Assembly (NCBI GenBank): GCA_010093705.1
Contig: MU006089.1
Location: 2,219,561 to 2,283,560 of the forward strand
Direction: 5' to 3'
From: Patellaria atrata CBS 101060
Lineage: Eukaryota
Length of the DNA stretch: 64,000 nucleotides
Shown: positions 60,882 to 64,000 of the stretch, in pieces
Layout of the letters: each line of letters begins with the position of its first letter
Numbering within the stretch: position 1 is the stretch's first letter
Notes under the pieces: model-generated
What the model saw: the letters and a program-made list of their open reading frames with translations, nothing else
Database searches by the model: none
Told to the model about the DNA's origin: nothing
Translations under genes and position numbers: made by a program

Positions 60882-62578
60882 TTATTGCTTCTCCTCCGCC
60901 TTGCTCGACTGAGAATCGGATTGACTGCTACTGCTAGGGTTGATATTTTCGGTCAAAATGAGCCTATCAAGGCTTGCAGTAGTATGGTCTACGGCTGTTG
61001 ATTGACCCTCCTTATTCATCGATTCAGGCGATTCAACCACGAAGTTGGAACCCACCCTTTCCTCGATACTGCTCTCTGTATCACTAGATATATCACTTGG
61101 TGGCGGACTGTCCACATCCCGAAGTTCCGGGCTCTTCATCACTACTCCTGGACTTCGAAGATCTTCTGGGGATGAGCCGCCAGCGTTGCCACTGGCTACG
61201 CTATCTGGTGACATTGGGGTTGGACCCACGTTCGTATCAATTCCAGGCGGGACAATAGCATCTTGAAGTGGCTTATACCCGATCGCTGCAGCAACAGCTG
61301 CGGCTTCGGCGTCAGTTGCGGGAGGAGCTTCTTCGACTAAACTGTTCCTGTGGCTCTTATCTAGGATGTGACCCTGGGAGCCCGCCCTATCGAGAATATC
61401 CCGGTATCCTTGTCTAGAAGGATCGTTCATGCGCTTCTTTTTGTTCTTCGTCCTTTTTGAATTTGGTCGCACAACAATCACTGGAACAGGCGAATGTTGG
61501 AGACAATACTTGGATACTGAACCGGGTAGAAGCCCTTGGAACCCACCAAGACTTCTCCCTTTGGTACCCACAATCAAGATGGCAGGTTCATAGAGGTTAA
61601 TCTGCAACCTTTAGAATTGCTAAACATCAATTCAGAAAGCCACTTACCATTTCCCCTATAACCTTGTTTACTTTGCCTACAGAGAATTCAAGGACCAAGT
61701 TTATGGCTTTGTTCTCTTGATTTTTCGACTCTATTTGCTCCATAAGCTGCCTTGCCTCTTCCCGGTATCTTCCTCGATCGACGCTAGAATCCCCTGCAAT
61801 AGAAGCATCTCTTTCTACCACTCTCAAACATACAATCTCATCACCATCATCAACCAGCTCATCAATCAGCCATTCGAGAGCGTACTCAGAATACTCGTTG
61901 GAGTCTAAGCCGCAAAGGAAAGTTCTTGAACGTTTTGTATACTCGTAATCCTTGTGTTTCTTGATTAGTGTGAATGAATTCTCCTCGATGAAATCTGCAG
62001 GTTTGTCGAACGTGTCGAACGAGACGCGGGGTTGAAAGTTCCTAGTGATGTCAATCAGTCTGATTTTATAAACCCTTGAAAGCATAAAGCCACATCAAGG
62101 CAGCAATAGACGAATCAGAGCCGGATAAGCAAGCAGATTGACGGTTGATCACAACGTACTCGGACATCACCAAGGGAGTATGTTACAAGTCATGGGGTGA
62201 GACGATCTAGTCTGAGACCTTAAAGCAAGAAAGTCCGATACGTGAGTTATATTGTAAATCCAATGCCTTCACACTGGAGAGATTGCAAAACTTAGAAAGT
62301 TTATATACTTACGGTGGAGGAGGAGGTGATGACATGCGTCTAGGTTTCCGGCCTTTACCCGCCTTCGGACTACCAGTTGGCAGAGAAGCCTGAGGCGGAA
62401 GGAATTGAATCGATGGACGTCGTACATCTTGTGCATCGTGGTCCGCTCTCGAAGCCCCGAGAGCGAACGGACTCACAGTAGGTCGTGCAGGTGCATCGGG
62501 AATGGTGGTCGGTGACGGCGACGACTCGGGTAGCGCAGAAGCCTTAGATGTGGGGGAGGGCGTGGGCGAAGAGTGCAT
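60882..62578 (-). CDS. Universal stress protein (USP) domain protein
   Basis: 'RTFLCGLD-NEYSEYALEW...DGDEIVCLRV' and 'LIVGTKGRS...GSVSKYCLQHSPVPVIVVR'. Introns at 62042-62312 and 61602-61647. Confidence 0.88.
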
Positions 62579-63538
62579 CTTTGGGCTCCGATTGGTATAC
62601 CTGAGCGAAAGTTGGGGCAAATCTCCTCTGAAACTGTCAGAAGTAGTCAAGTAGAATCTGGGGCATCGAATCGATCGAACCCTCTGCGCGATACCCGCAG
62701 CTTTGTGGGGTTAAAGTGCCAGCTGTGTGCCTTGCTCACACGACAACAACTGCAGGAAGATGTCTTAACAGACGGCCACGATGGCCCTGGAATCCTGCCG
62801 TGCTGGATCGCTGCTGTTCGTGGGGGTTCGGCAAAGCCAAGAGTAAAGAATGTCACTTTGTCGTATGCGCTTCGTGCTCGGCACAGCTGCTATGGAATAT
62901 TTCCTCTCGAAAGAATAAAGACCAATGTGCAACATTCAAGGGGTAATATGGATGCTATGAAGAATGGAGGAGGGGTCGAGATGTTACGGAATGTCTTGTC
63001 TACATCATCTCTGGTAGAGGAAAGAAGCATTCACGGGCTTGGCCTGTGATGCATTTGTGCATAGCTGCTACCTAGCCAAGAGGATGGCGCTCTATCGTCC
63101 CTCCTTTGAAAGAAAGTCGAGACTCTACGGTACGATGCTTTCATAATAATGAGAGAGGTTGGTGTTCGGGATGCAGCTACACAATTTCCTAGCCGCATGA
63201 GAATTGTCCAGCGTAAGGTATCTAGCTGTCACCAAACCATCGTGGGTGGTGCGTTCAAGAAGTAAACAGCTAAGCATTAGCAGCTAGGGGTCTTTTGTGG
63301 CGATTATTATTAGGAGCATTAACACGATCATTACATCTATCAACATAGTTTGTAGATATACCTTAGCAACTAAGGGCTAAATTTGAAGAGACCGAGTTGA
63401 CCGTGGACATTTTAAAACCCATCTATCCTTTCATTTTTTATCATGGCTAAGTATCTCCAGGTAAACCGTACGCGACTACGAAAGGAGTGGTGAAGATATA
63501 AGGTAGTAATAAATATGCCGCTAAAGCTCAAAGACGGC

Positions 63539-64000
63539 TTATGATAAGGACTTAAGCTCACCGTCCTTGAACTTGCCAGCATCCACCAGCCTCTTGACCT
63601 CCGTTGTGAATATCTCCTTGATATCAGCAACATCTTTCTTCCCGTTGAGTTTGCCAGTCAAAGCTGCTAGCTCGTCTACATCGAGCTTTGCAATAATGGC
63701 ATCTACATCGTTGAGAGCGGAATCTATTTGAGCCGGTGAGGCGGTCTCTGTCCCACAGAAATAGTTCCCATCCTTGGCAGCTCCACGGATTACTCTTTTA
63801 TTCTTCTTCGCCGCGTTCTTCGCCGCCTCTTTAGCCTTCTTACTCTCGGCCTTTTCAGCTTTGTCGGCAGCATCCTTCTCCGCCTTTAGCCTTGCTTCCT
63901 CCTCCTTAGCTTTCGCTGCCTCCTCGGCCTGCCGTTTTGCTTCAGCTTCCCTCTCGAACCGTTTTTTGTTCTTCTGAGCATGCTCCTCCTGTCTGAATCT
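63539..64000 (-). CDS. ZUO1: Zuotin (ribosome-associated complex J protein), C-terminal part
   Basis: Open frame from the window end: charged helix 'KKAKEAAKNAAKKNKRVIRGAAKDGNYF', then a RAC-head-like region ending 'GKFKDGELKSLS*'. Confidence 0.85.
   Translation of the reverse strand, partial: RFRQEEHAQKNKKRFEREAEAKRQAEEAAKAKEEEARLKAEKDAADKAEKAESKKAKEAAKNAAKKNKRVIRGAAKDGNYFCGTETASPAQIDSALNDVDAIIAKLDVDELAALTGKLNGKKDVADIKEIFTTEVKRLVDAGKFKDGELKSLS

Overview
Gene-dense eukaryotic DNA from a filamentous ascomycete, judged from short GT-AG introns with CTAAC/CTGAC branch points and Pezizomycotina-type genes; there is one 100-N assembly gap. Housekeeping genes include RAD26/CSB, TBP, DEF1, an OMS1-like methyltransferase, a GPR89/GTG-like protein, a USP protein and the 3' end of zuotin. 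There are also a Zn2Cys6 factor, a DPR-repeat dehydrin, a GH93 arabinanase, a DUF2235 hydrolase, an FAD amino-acid oxidase and an alpha/beta hydrolase. The most striking element is at 14.0-20.4 kb. Four apparently separate minus-strand ORFs splice into one ~1717-aa protein: a cellular (QDE-1/SAD-1-type) RNA-dependent RNA polymerase, then a BACK/TLDc-like linker, then a complete Upf1-like SF1 helicase. It lies head-to-head, 293 bp away, with an intronless NadR/Ttd14-type (AAA_28) P-loop NTPase, suggesting a compact RNA-silencing or antiviral module. The 43-56 kb region also holds three disrupted paralogs of an uncharacterised family and a disrupted conserved gene, with recurrent TAG codons at Trp positions. 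All family calls come from recognising motifs by eye; no searches were run.
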